DNA of 64,000 nucleotides from Lama glama (lineage: Eukaryota): assembly GCA_028534125.1 (NCBI GenBank), contig CM052817.1:18664001-18728000 (forward strand), written 5' to 3'. Shown piece after piece: positions 1 to 12,760 of this stretch (positions are counted from its first letter, which is position 1; each line of letters starts with the position of its first letter). Both the position numbers and the translations under genes were made by a program. The notes below the pieces were generated by a model. That model was not told the DNA's origin and searched no databases. It saw nothing but the letters and a program-made list of their open reading frames with translations.

Positions 1-592
1 TTTCTTTAAAACATATTATTTATTGCTCTCTTAATGAAGAACCTTTATCACTTATAATGCACCTCATACCTGTGCGAGTGCGCACGCACATATTTCATAT
101 GCAAATCCAACCATCCTCCTAATTTTATTACATCATAATTTTTGTTAAATCAGTCTTCAGAATCTACATCATTATGGGTATCTAATATTATTCATTGCTG
201 AGGCATGTAATTTTGTTTCTCTTCAGTTAATCATTTTTATTTGTTTAATTAAAAAATAATTTTCTTTTTTAAAGTCATAACCAAACTTTATAGGTAAAAT
301 TTTACTCTCAATTTGTTGAACTACTTTGAGGGATCTGTCAGTGTCATCCTCCTTAACATGACCCTCTATTATCTTGCTTAACATGGACTTGTTTTACCTT
401 AGACTTAATTTGTAATTTTCATATTCTTACACTTACCATGACAGTGGAGATTTTCTTTGCCTATTCTCTGTGATAAATCATTTACTTCCTGGATCCAGAT
501 TCTTCCTCTTTCTTGATAAAGTTTTCTGTTGAGATGGAGCACTTTTGGGAAGTTCCTGAGAAAGAAAGTGTGGATGTGAACTTTTAAGACCA
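1..592 (-). mobile_element. Old L1 (L1ME-like) fragment
   Basis: T-rich decayed antisense L1M-type sequence (e.g. tttacttcctggatccag, aagttcctgagaaagaaagtgtgg); resumes after the LTR at ~1223. Confidence 0.55.
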
Positions 593-1222
593 TGTGCGAT
601 GGGGCTGGGGGAGGATACTGCCCCTCCCTGTGGTTTTTGGTGATTCACTATAAGGGTTCATAGGATGCAGAGGCAGCTGTTTTTGCAGTTATGGTTTATT
701 CCCCTGAAAGGGTACACAGCAGTCTCTGTGAGGGGCAGGAAGAAGAGGCATCAGGTAACGCCCTAAAGGGGTCCAAGAGCAGACTTCACAGTTCTCCCTC
801 ACAGAATGACGGGAAGGGAGGTCTCGCGCTAAATATGCTTCTTCCTCCAGCACGGAAATGTGCAACACGCATCCAGTGTTTTTGCCTAAGGAAACCTGCT
901 TAAAATTTTGAGTCCAGAGATTTAATTGAAGGCTGGTCATGTTGGCAGTCTTTGCTTGAGCAGTCAGTCACTATTACCAAAATTCTAGGTTTGAAGATGT
1001 AAAGTGGTTGCACACCATAAATCACATTTGTTCGCACAAACAATATAGAAGACTAGTATAACAGAATTCTGTGACCCAGTCACACAAAACAAACGGTCAG
1101 TATGGAGTAGGAAATGTTCCACAGGCCAAGTCCTTAGGAACCTCCCTGAGGGTCAGTCTCAAGCAGGGCTTGCTGGAGATGACAATGTCAGGCCGGTGAT
1201 ATTAACTCTTTCCTGCAGAACA
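593..1222 (-). mobile_element. ERVL solo LTR, MER68/MER77/MER21-like
   Basis: Reverse strand starts tgttctgcaggaaagagttaatatcaccggcctgac, resembling the MER68/MER21 5' end; internal cacaccataaatcacatt and ttcctccagcacggaaatgtgcaacacg motifs. Confidence 0.7.
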
Positions 1223-1660
1223 TGAATACATATCCAACAACATCCTTTTTCCACTTCCGTACTTTACAGACATATTGTCTGGGCACTCAAAGTACTAGAT
1301 ATTTATTTCCTTGTGGAACTTGGAAGGCATGTGTCTATTCTAGCGTTGCAGTTGGGAAACCTTGTGCCATCCTTACTCCTAACGCTTTGTGTGTTACCTG
1401 CTTTATTTGTTTGTTTATTTTCCTGTCTGGGAGCTTTAGGTTTTTCTCTGTAACCTCCATATTCTAAAATTCCAGAAGATATGGCTTTGTTTCAAGAATT
1501 TTAAAGATTATTTTTGCTGGACAACTAGTAGCTTCAAACTGAAAGTTGTGTCCTTTAATTTTGGGAAATAGTTTGTGTTGATTTAAGAAATGTTTTCCCC
1601 TCTATTTTTTCTCTTTTCTCATTCAGAAATCCTGTGATTCAGATCTTGTACTTTAAGGGT
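1223..1660 (-). mobile_element. Old L1 (L1ME-like) continuation
   Basis: Antisense L1M 5'/ORF1-region motifs (tctagcgttgcagttgggaaac, cctttaattttgggaaat, ttttcccctctatttttt). Confidence 0.55.
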
Positions 1661-2064
1661 TGGTTATGGCATAAATATACGGAAAATTCAAACAATATAA
1701 ATAAAAACTTGATCTCAATTTGTCTTGAGAAATGTAGAAAAATAATAACATTAAAATGAGAAAATATAAAAGGAAAAAATTATTTTTTAGCATTAGACAT
1801 TAAAAAATAGCAAGGATGAAATAGGAGTATGAGCAAAAACAAAACTGTCTTTAAGGATAGCTTAAATAGACAAACCTTTATCAAGAAAATTATATGGCAT
1901 GAGTAACATTTGAAATTAAAAGTTATGATAACTACAGACATGTTAGGGATTTCAAATACAGGAAGAATATAGTACAGACTATTATACATATGTTCTTAGA
2001 GAAGTTAAGTAGTGTAAATTCAAACCCCAAATCCGCTTAAGGTACATAGCTGTAGCTATAAACT

Positions 2065-2560
2065 CAGAGGACAATTCTTGTTCACTCAGAGCCCCCACCA
2101 AAGGAGATGTGCTTTTTCCTTACCTTTACCTTTACCTTGTTCCAAATTCCAAATTATGTCCCTTATTGATAGAGAATGAGTTTCTCTGTATTCCTCCCAT
2201 CTTTCACCAAGAATTCAGCCCTTCAAACATGCCAGTTTCTGCAAGTAGTTCTGTTCTGTTTTCCCATTGCACACAGGCACAAGACTGTTCTTCAACTATA
2301 CATTTTAAACTTTTTAGATGGCAAAATCCAACACCTGATCCGTTCCCCTCCCAGGCCAGGTTAACTGAAGAATCAGCTAAAATCATACCTGATTATACCT
2401 GGTTTTAGTTTGCTTTTTGTTTCTGACCCCAAGAAATTTCCCCATCCTTTCTAAGGCTAGTTAGGCTTAACATTTTTAAAGATATTTGTTATATTTCATC
2501 ATAAATTTTGATCTGTTTGACCAAGATGATTTTGAGGTAATTTAATCTCTCATATAGACA
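2065..2560 (-). mobile_element. Old L1M 5' region fragment
   Basis: Decayed L1M-type sequence (aattcagcccttcaaacatgccagtttctgcaa). Confidence 0.4.
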
Positions 2561-3449
2561 GAACTCAATATTTCTCCAGTTTTCTCCACATCTGCAAATC
2601 TTGTATTTTAGGCATTATTTTCTTTATTGGAAAATAACTAATTTAGACAATGTCCTATTTTGTGTCTCAAATATTTAACATATTTTAGGTATTTAATAAA
2701 TACTTATGGAAAATAATTGAAACAACCAGTGATATGCTACTTTTCTTCTGGGACATATTTAGACTTATAGTAAAATGGATTTGTTAGCAAAAGCATGCGG
2801 AATGAGCACACACAAAGTGTGGTCCCTGAATAATGTGCAGTTTACATGATAGAATCTCCATTAATGAAATCACCTGTAAATTAGAGTAACAATATGGAGT
2901 ATTTTCTTTTTTTAGTTATTTTTATGTACTTTGGGACTTTATAAATTAATTATATCTTTTAAAAATGTTCAACCTTGAAGAAAAATGCAAATTCTAAAAT
3001 ACACAATCAGTCCATGAAGATGTATTATAAACAGGCTCTAAGTAGCTATCATGCAAGGTGGATAGTGACTTTAAATAATGACATTTTATTGCATACAATA
3101 AAATCTCCCTGTCTTGAACATAAAATTTACCAAAAAGGTATTTCTACAGGTGTAATTATAAATACCAAGATCATGAATAAAACTATGAGAGACAGTAATG
3201 GATTTCACGTTCTCAGTGTATTGTCAGAGGGTATTTTCTTGTAGTAGGCAATTCACATCCAATATTTGATACAAAAAAGCATCCATTGTGAAGAATGGGG
3301 GAAAATCTGGTTTCTATTAAGGACAAAGACAAAATTAAACTCAAGCAAAAGATAGTGGCCATATGGAAATTATAGCAAAATTTCACAGTTCTAAGGAAAA
3401 TATAATGATCATATAATAGAATCATGTTAATGTTTCACATATGAAAAAT

Positions 3450-5260
3450 AATCCAATGAGGATGGGGAAAAATGGACCACAGTTTCAATTGAATTATATA
3501 ACTCTTCTGAGTGGTACATAAGAGAATAAATCTAAGTAACTTTAAAATACAGTGTTTTGGATATATGTCCTCATGCTAAAGACAAAAAAGAACTAGAGTA
3601 CAAAAACTGTACTCTAGTGAGGACACTTCCTTTTCACAGTGATATGAATTAGCAATCCTAAAACTATTTTATGTATATCTTATGATTGAGCAACCAGTTA
3701 AATATATTTTGAATAATGAAAGCCATGTTTTCTTTGACCATTGGAGGTTTGCACTCAATTTGAGTATGCACTAAAATTTTTAATACACAGAGAGATAGAA
3801 AAGACATATACATATATCTGTCCTCTGAAATATCCTAGAAACTAAGTTAGCCAGTAGCAGTTAGAATATCGAGCACCAGACCTTGGTTCTTAAATGCAGT
3901 CCCCCAATAAAAAGAAACAGGATTCCTTTGGGAAAATGATCATTTTAAGACTAGAACTGAGGAATACAAAATATATCTTGAACATCTTGTGGTGTAAGAA
4001 GATAAGTACTCAAAGAATGATGGGAACTTGTTGAAGGACCATAGAGGCTACAGTGAAGGAGCATGCACTGACCAAGTCTGAAAAAATAGTGACAAATAAT
4101 AGCTGCAGGTTGAAATAAGAGCCCATAAGTCTACACTAACATGTGAAGGAATGAAAGAATGAGTGAGTATTTAAATGAAGGAGAAGGAAAGCTCTTATCT
4201 ATGTAACTTCCAAATTTTAATATCCAAAAAGAATATTATAATATGACCATTTGGCCATTACCATAAAAAAAAATTTCAGGCAAGAATCATCAGTATAACT
4301 AGTGGGCAAAATTATGATGAGAACCAGGATATGTACAGGTTCTCAAATTATCTGCCCAGAAGATAACCTTAATTATAAAGAAAAAGAAAAACTATACAGT
4401 GGAGAAACCTAGACTGCTTAGAATCCTTTACTTGAACTCTCTTTTTCCTTTTTAAAATTTAGAATTTGGGATAGTTCCAAAGATAAGTGTTTTCCTTCTC
4501 CCTCATTTATATATTCATTCACTCATTAACCCATTATCCAGGAGATTAAATTTTACCAGTAAAAGGGACAGATTGCCATCAAGTGCTTTCTGCTAGGATA
4601 CACTAAGAATGACACATCAGAGCTTCTGTGTTAGATGCAGAATCTGAATTTAATCATAAGGAATTACTAGACAAGACTAAATCAAAAGATGTTTCACAAA
4701 ATAACAGGTGAGTATTCTCTAAAAACTTCAAGTTCATGAAAAGTGAGGGAAGACTAAGATGTCATTCCAGATCAGAGGAGAAAAAAAGAAATGACAATTA
4801 AATGAACATGTGACCCTAGATTTGATTATGAACTAGAGTAACATATTTTGCTACAAATGAGAGTAATGAGGTAATTGATAAGAGTTTGAACACCCATTCA
4901 TTAGATAATATAACTGTATTGATGTTAAATTCCACATTTTGATACTGTGGTTATTAGTGATTTAGGGGGCAAATACATGTGTTTATGGTTAAAGAAGCAT
5001 CATGTCTGTAATTTGCTCTCATGTAGTAAGTAATTATAGCTATGCATCCACCCATCCATCCATCTGCCTATCCATCTATCCACACATCCATCTAAACACA
5101 AACACATATGCATGTGTATATATGAAAGGGAGGAAATGATAAAGCAATAATGACATACCATTGGCATTTGGGAAATATGCATAAAATGTATAAAATGAGT
5201 TTTTGTACAACTTCTGAAACCTGTTGCTAAGTCTGAGATTATTCATAATAAAACTTAGAG
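3450..5260 (+). mobile_element. L1MC3/L1MD-like 3' UTR
   Basis: gtgatatgaattagcaatcctaaaactatttt; cccccaataaaaagaaacaggattcctttgggaaaatg; tatacagtggagaaacct; ends gctaagtctgagattattcataataaaa. Confidence 0.75.
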
Positions 5261-6122
5261 ACAAACAGGAAGCTTTATATGTATAAACATTAATCAAGAT
5301 ATAAAGTGAAAACAGCATTTACAATAGAAATTTTAAAAGAAAATACTAAAGAATATTTAACAAGAAATATGAAATACCATTTTGTGTAAAATATTTGTAT
5401 GTAAAAATATTTGAATCTATTAAAAAGATATGAGTATATTTGAACACATAGACATTCCTTTAGATAGAATGACAAAATATAAGTATATATACTCTGTAAT
5501 TTATAAATTTAATGTGATAACATTAATTTTACCAACCATGTTTTTTCTAGAATTAGACAACTTTTTCTAAAGTTTATATAGAAAAATAAACATGGAAACA
5601 TAAGTAGTAAAATCTGAAAAAGAAGAAATATTAGGAACTATAACCCTACTCAATATAACACATGAAAGTGTGTTCAACTTCATTTGTAATATCAGAATCA
5701 GAGTGAAATTTATTGAAATGCCATTTCTCACTAATCAAATCAGCAAAAGTTCAAACCCTTGGCAATGCGTTTAGCTGGCAGATCTGTGCACAGACACTCT
5801 CATATATTCTTGATAGATGTGGGAAATGATAGAAAGCCTTAGGAGGAGAATTTAGCAATATCTAAAAAAGTGCATATGCATTTAAGGTCTGAAGACACAA
5901 ACTCCCCTCTAGGACTTCAACAGCGTGAATATATTATTATTCTTTCAACAACATAGAACACATACAAACACAAATAAGGTTGTTATTGAACTATTTTATG
6001 TAATAACAAAATATTGGAAATGACATAAATGCTCACACAATGAAGGTATGTTGAATAAAGTGTCTTCTATCTACATAGTGAAGTACTACACAGTTGCAAA
6101 AGCAAATGTGGTAGAATTCTAT
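5261..6122 (+). mobile_element. L1ME ORF2/3' end fragment
   Basis: A-rich decayed ORF2 and 3' end motifs (ggagaatttagcaatatcta, actcccctctagga); interrupted by the LTR at 6123. Confidence 0.65.
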
Positions 6123-6680
6123 TGTGGTAGAAGGTCTAAAATTAATAATTTTGTGTTGACTTAACAGCTGGTGAAATTGAGAGGGTCTCAGATAGCCTGT
6201 GGAAATGTTCTGCTCCCCATTCTCCTGTGGATAATGTCCCCTACTCAAACAATTCTCCTTATCAAGGCAAACAGTCACAGTTGCTGCCTTTCCCTGAGTG
6301 ACCGGCTTCAGTTCCTTGCCAGCCCAGTACTTCAGATAAGCCATTCACAGCCTTCCACAGGAACCAGTGGGCTCTTGCTTCCTGTAGCCTTGGTTTTCAC
6401 TCTGTTCCCAAGGGCAGACCCCAAGTGGTCCTGTGTGGTGTGTAGTGTTCATCTCCCGCTTTGCCCCTGGCCCCAGGCTGTGAGTACAGTAGCAACAACA
6501 ACAAAAGCAACAAAACAAAAACAAACAAAAAACAACAACCAAGAAACCAAAACAACAAAAACAAAAACATGCTGTCAATTTCACCTGTCTAGTGTCAGGT
6601 ATCGTGTGTTTGGCCATCTCCATGCCCCTCCCCAGGAATTCCTGCTTCACCAAAAGAGTGCTGAGAAGGCAGTTAAAGCG
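6123..6680 (+). mobile_element. ERVL solo LTR, MER54/MER74/MER88-like
   Basis: Starts TG; 3' part tgctgtcaatttcacctgtctagtgtcaggtatcgtgtgtttggccatctcc resembles this family; flanked by a 5-bp TSD TCTAT (6118-6122) / TCTGT (6681-6685); L1ME resumes afterwards. Confidence 0.75.
6493..6569 (+). repeat. (CAA/CAAAA)n A-rich microsatellite inside the LTR
   Basis: caacaacaacaaaagcaacaaaacaaaaacaaacaaaaaac... seen directly. Confidence 0.9.
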
Positions 6681-8395
6681 TCTGTGTGCTAATATAGATC
6701 CTCCCCAATATATTGTCAAATAAAAATAATGAAGGTGAAAAATTGTATAGTGTCTGCCATTACTGATTTAACACAGTGGGGGAGTGAATTTATATGCTTT
6801 CTACATAATTTATAACAATTTGTTCATAATTTTGGATATAAACTGAGAATCAAGCTTGGCCCAAGCAGAGGGACTCTATTGGGAAAGGAAGAAACCAACA
6901 GGGCTGTTACTTTTGCATCGGTTCACTCTGCGAAGCCCTGCACATGGGCAACATTTGATGAGTTCTGGTACAGCTTTTGTGAGGCTGGGAGCTGGGTCAA
7001 AGACTTCTCACATGTACTGTGAGAGGGAGGTAGACTAAAACTGATGACCCTCTCAAGACATTTGGCAGACTTTAAAGCCTCAGGGGATGGAGGTTAAAAG
7101 GTAAACTTAAAATCTCCCCCAAAATCAGAACTGAATTTCTCAGTTTTTGGAACTGAAGACAGACATCTCTGCTAGATTCTTAGTTAGTCTGGGGAGCAAG
7201 GGGCAAGAGTGGGGGGCTGAGATCTAAGGAGGCTTATACTTGAAGAAAAATGAAATAAGAGGACATGAACTAAATTTCTCCATAAGATAGACAAAATTTG
7301 TCTATTGGCATATGATATATTAGTTAACATAGAAAAGCCTAATGAATTTAGCAACCAACTACTGGAGTTACTACTAAGAAAATAAAACAAGACCACAAAT
7401 TACAAGGTTAACAGATATAAATCCATCATATTGTTATATACTAGCAGCACACATTTGGGAAATGAAATTTTAAAAATTACACTTTTAATTCCAAAAATTA
7501 TAAAATAAGACTAAATCTAAGAAAATATGTATAGAACAACTACACTGAAAAATAAAAACACTGCTGAGAAAAAGAAGACAAAAATAAATATAGGGACATT
7601 CAATGTTCTTGGGTTGGAAATATAAAGAAGGAAAAAAAAAGCAAAACTTTGCCATGTTTCCAGACATAATGAGCATATTACTTCCAAAGGAAGAGACTTA
7701 CTGGAATCAACTTCTCAGTTGTAACACAGCAACATGGGAAACACTGGAATGAGATCTACAGACTAGTTAAATAAAAGGAATACAACCCGACATTCCATAG
7801 ACTGGCAAAACATTACATACCTGTCATGGAAAAAGAATGTGGTTCTGTAAGAATTCTGAGGATATTTCACTCAAATGCCTAATCTTTGATAGAACGCCAA
7901 CACTAACTGTAACAAACTAAAATGGAGACTCCAAAAAAAGAAGCATTAAAAAGTAGGTAAAAGAATTGTGAGAAATGATCCTTAGCATATATGAATTTGC
8001 TGCTAATCCACTCTTAGAATCTGTCCCCTTGAAGTAAACGTACCAACAAATAAGGGCCAATGAACAACAATATTCATTATGTAATAGTAAAAGCTGACAA
8101 CGGTAAGTTTCCATTAGTAAGAGAATGCTTGTTAAGATTGTGGCATATTCATACGTGAAATTTTATGCATCCATTACTGAAAGAATCTGTAAGACAACTG
8201 GGAAGGATTTCTACAATATATACACTTTTAATATCACAAGCAAGATGTAGTTAAAGGTGTATATGCAGTGTAGCATTTTTGTAAAACCCCACAAAAATAA
8301 ATAACCCGTTGATTATGTAGACATGATTACAAGAGCACAGAGAAGAGTACAGAATGGTCCATAACATTTTGTTTACATAAGTTAAGTTTGAGGGA
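6681..8395 (+). mobile_element. Mosaic of old L1ME fragments
   Basis: L1 3' end and ORF2 motifs (actactggagttactactaagaaaa, aaatctaagaaaatatgtatagaac, attgtggcatattcatac). Confidence 0.55.
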
Positions 8396-8397
8396 CT

Positions 8398-8871
8398 GTG
8401 GGTGTTTTAGTAGCTTAAATCAACAATCATTAATCATCTCACCATTCTGTGGGCTGGTAATTTGAGCCGTGCTCAGCTGGCTAGAATGGTCTCACTTGAT
8501 CTTAGTCATGTGTTTACAGTCATCTGAAGCTTGACTCAGATGAATCATGGAGGCTTGATGAGGAAAATCGGCTGGACTGGCTCATCTCAGCTCCACGTGG
8601 TCTTCATCCTTCAGTAGGCTATCTTGAGTTTCTTCACGTGGTGTACTGCATTCTAAGAGAATGAAAATGGAAGCTGCAAGGTCTCTTTAGGTCTAGTCTG
8701 AGAAGATGTACAATATCACTCTGGTCAAAGTAAGTTCTAAGGCCAGCCTAGATTCAAAGAGTGGGGATATAGGTTCTACTTCTTCTATATGAGAAGTGGC
8801 AAAATGACGATGCAAAGAAGCATACAGGAATCAGAGGAATTCTTGCAACCACTTTTGCAAAGTCTCTCACA
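8398..8871 (-). mobile_element. MaLR LTR, MLT1G/H-like
   Basis: ctccacgtggtcttcatccttcagtaggct, ggaagctgcaaggtctctttagg, aaggccagcctagattcaaagagtgggga. Confidence 0.8.
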
Positions 8872-9149
8872 ATGCAAGAATGGTAGGGATTATTAAAGAA
8901 GGAAGAGAGGAAAGCAGACCCAATATTTAAAGCCAGTGTTTGAGCAGTTGCGCTAATAAAAATATAATCTCAGCTTTGAAATATGAAGGAGACATAGCAC
9001 AAACTGAAAAGCCAGTATGGGACACAAATAATTTACTTAGAAACTCTGGTTAGGGGTTAGTATGAGTTTAGTGAAAAGTAGAAATTGAAGACTTGTATCA
9101 GTGCTCACTATATTAAAAACTTGTATATTTTATAAAATAATTTTTAAAG

Positions 9150-10330
9150 TTTGTTCTCTCCAAATTAACCTACTTAGTCAATGTAATTCCAGTAACAATT
9201 CTAACAGTATTTTTAATGACTAGATAATCCTCAAATGAATGCTGAAGAACAACCAAACTTTTATAATGAAGTCAAATGAGCAGAAAACTAACCTTACAAA
9301 GTATTAAGATTTATTATAAAATGCAGTAATTAAATGTTAAGATATTGACTTATGGATAATTATATTAATTAATGGGTAAGAATGTGACATCAGAATCAAA
9401 CTTGTACATATATGAACATTTAGGATATGATAAAATGGCACTTGCACTAAATGAGAAAATAGCCCCATATAGGAAAAGGCTGTAACAGGCAGTTCATACA
9501 GGAGAAAACTGTAACCTGTTAAACATGTGAAAGATGCTCAAAAACACTAATAGTCAGGGAAATACAAATTAATATAACTCAGAGATACTATTTTTACCCA
9601 TGGCAAAAAATAAAATGCCATATGATGCTAAATTTGGCTAACATATGGTAAAGTTGACTCCTTACGCACTTTAGGCAAAAGGGTAAATTGATAACTCAGT
9701 TTCACAGCAATTGGGCTATATCTAGTAAAGTTGAAAATGAAAAGGCAATTTAACCACTTACGTATCCTTAGGAATTTTTATATGTTTTTACAATGAAATG
9801 TGGCGAAGTATGTTTATTGCTGGAGCTCATTTTGTAGGAGTGAAAAAATTTAAATAACCTAAATATTCAATAGGGTTATGGGTGAACTATAGAATATTCA
9901 TATGAAGAGATGATACACTAAAGTTAAAGTCAATGAAATACATCAAATGTTTCATGGATAGGTAGACCTCAAATCATAATGTTGAGTGAGAAAAAAGCAA
10001 GTTTAACAATGATTCTTAAGTTATGGTAGTATGTATATAAGTGATTAAACCATACACACACTGTGGTGTTTATATACGATACATACTTGTTACACAATAT
10101 TCTAACCATGAATATGAAGAAATAAACTATTTGATAGCGATTGCCTCCAGGACAGAAGGAAATGAGATGAGGAGGAGAAAAATGAAATCTTCAACTAAAG
10201 ATTATGGCTTATTTCCTTCAAGAAAATTTTGAAGCAAATGTGATACAATAATATTTTTTGAATTCTGGGTGATGTTCCAAAGAATATTTGTTACATTATC
10301 CTTTACTTGTCAGTAGATAAGATAAAAACA
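9150..10330 (+). mobile_element. L1ME ORF2 end and 3' UTR
   Basis: aaacatgtgaaagatgctca, atatctagtaaagttgaaaatg, ataatgttgagtgagaaaaaagcaag, tgaattctgggtgatg. Confidence 0.7.
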
Positions 10331-10410
10331 TTTAATTTAATTCATTTAAGCTGCTATGGTTATGAAAATAAAAACTGATCCAAGTAAAGTCTGATTCTAA
10401 GGACAAATAT

Positions 10411-10610
10411 GTATTGTATGCACACCATGTTTCAGGGCACATCAGATGCAGTATCTCAGGCAGTCCTCAGAATAACCTTATGTGGTGGATCATGTTTTTG
10501 TTATCATTTACAGGTGAAAAAACTGAGCTGTACAGCAATTAGGTTTATTGTCAAAAGTCATAGATCTAGTAAGTGGTAGAACCGGAATTAGAAGTAAGGC
10601 ATTGTGACTC
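10411..10610 (-). mobile_element. MIR SINE
   Basis: Antisense MIR core: atttacaggtgaaaaaactgag...ctagtaagtggtagaaccggaattagaa. Confidence 0.8.
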
Positions 10611-11389
10611 ACTTAACTGTTAAGTGAGATTCATTTTTGGGCTTTAAAATCCATTGTTCCCTGGAAACTAACTTAGGGAATTTTATTGTACAAGTTAGAA
10701 GGCATGAAATGAATGGACTGGCAGAATTTGAGTTCCGTTAGGCAGGATTTGGTTAGTTTAAGGATGCTTATACAGAGCTGGAAATGGGAATTTGGAAATT
10801 AGTTCACAGAGTGGTATTATGGACAAATTGTTAAAAGTAGAGCTAAGCCTCTAGGCTGTCTTGTCGTAGGAGGGCAGTTCATGTGATATGTGGAGAACCA
10901 AAAAACAGGCCACTTTTGAGATGATGTATCAGACACACAGGCATGAGCAGATGGTAATTTGTAGCTAAACTATGGTTACTGGATAGGACTGAGAGAACCA
11001 GCAGGACATTTGAAATCTTTGAAGAATAAACTTAAAGAACAGTTAGTATAAAGGTAAGACAGAAAACTCAATTACAGCCACACTCTTAATGTTGATAGGA
11101 TATTTCCCACTCCTGAGGCTTTATATTTATTCTCTAAAGAACTTGGGGTGTTGATGACAAGGAGGAAGAATTGATATATGATTTTGAATTAAAAATGATA
11201 TAGCTGTTTTAGAAAAACAAAACAAAACAAACAGAAGAGAGATCCAGAAGAGGAAAAGAATATCCTCCCCTCAAATTATCTTTTGTAACATCTCCCAAAA
11301 TGGAATTGTTGGCTTAAAAGATGATACAGGCATCGATTCAATGGGATGATGGATGTGAGTCATTCAGAGGAAGAGCTATCAATCACATG

Positions 11390-12000
11390 AGATTCAGAAT
11401 GGGATACATTATGCCATGGTGAAGAACAACCTCAAAAATTGTGATGTTAAATAATAAAAATTTATCTCTCATGTGAGGTTTACTGTGACTTAGCTGCTCT
11501 CCAGGTCAAGTTATCTCAATGTGGATGAAGAATTCTCTACCATCCTGTAGCCGTGCCATCTCATTGGTCCCCCTTGGTTGTTGTAGCAGTAGAAACGGAA
11601 ACTTTAGCAATTAAATTCTTCAGTCTAGAAATAACAAGCATCACTTCTGCTTAAAGCTCATTGGCCAAAACTGGAAGAGGGGGCTTTTGGAACTAGAGTC
11701 TTCCATGTGTCTAGAGTAGTAGCAGAAGCTGGATACCCCGGGGAGCACTAGCAATGTCTTCCACAGCCATCGTCAACACAGTATTTCCAAAGTCCCTGTG
11801 CATGCCTGTTACCAAGTTGGCAGAGAGTGAAGGAATAGGAAGGATCATACATGAGAAATTTGCCTTGTCCCAGGCTTAGGAGTGGCACTTCAGTCAGAAT
11901 TCAATCATACTAAACTTGAAGGGTGGCCAGGAAATGTAATCTAGATGTGTAGCCAGGAAGAAAAGAAATGAGTTTGGAAATGGACTAGTGTTTGTTGCAT
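11390..12000 (-). mobile_element. Two adjacent old MaLR LTR fragments (MLT1J/K-like)
   Basis: catcacttctgcttaaagctcattggccaaaact; ggccaggaaatgtaatctagatgtgtagccaggaagaaaagaaa. Confidence 0.6.
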
Positions 12001-12045
12001 GTCTAACCAGTGTTGTTCCCTCATTTGGGATCATTCTTCACCTGT

Positions 12046-12329
12046 ATTTTTTTAAACTGAGGTATAATGGACATGCAACATTATACTAGTTTCAGGTGTA
12101 CAATATAATGATTTGATATATGTATATCTTGTAAAATGATCACCACAATAATTCTAGTTAACATTTATCACCATCCAGTTACAAACATTTTTTCCCTTGT
12201 GATGAGAATTTTAAAGATCTACTCTCTTAGCAGCTTTTAAATATGCAATACAGTGTAATTAACTATAGTCACTATGCTGTACATTACATCCCTACGACAT
12301 AAATATTTTATAACTTGAAGTTTGTACCC
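12046..12329 (-). mobile_element. L1MA9-like 3' end (5'-truncated)
   Basis: tttcaggtgtacaatataatgatttgatat...gtgatgagaattttaaagatctactctcttagc...taactatagtcactatgctgtacattacatccc. Confidence 0.85.
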
Positions 12330-12379
12330 AAATCTTAATTTTAGTGCTTTTTTCACTTCAAGTTAGTGTAAATATGCAG

Positions 12380-12760
12380 CCCAGATATTTCCCCCAAATT
12401 TCAAGTCACATATCAAATTGGATATTTCAAAATTACATCCGAAACTGAATACTTGATTTCTTTTCTCACACTAACCTACTCCACCCGCAGCCCAGGTCAT
12501 AGCCGATCAGTTCATTCTCTTCAGTCCACCTTCAAATTATGCAAAACTGGAGTAATTCTCATCACTTTTGCTGCTGGTGCCTAATCCAAATCACCATCTC
12601 TTACTGAGATGACTGCAGAATCTTCTTAAATTTCTGCCCTTGCCCCTATGTTCAGTCTTGTTACTGAAGTAAGAATAATCTATGTAGAGCATGAGTTGGA
12701 TTTTGTCACACTGTATATTCAGACTTAGGCTGATGACATTCCTTTTCATGAATTGTTCCA
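12380..12760 (+). mobile_element. L2 fragment
   Basis: catccgaaactgaatacttgatt, accatctcttactgagatgactgcagaatcttcttaa. Confidence 0.5.

Noticed and set aside
6033..6719. Overlapping 103-173 aa ORFs
   Set aside because: Lie in an ERVL LTR and a CAA microsatellite.
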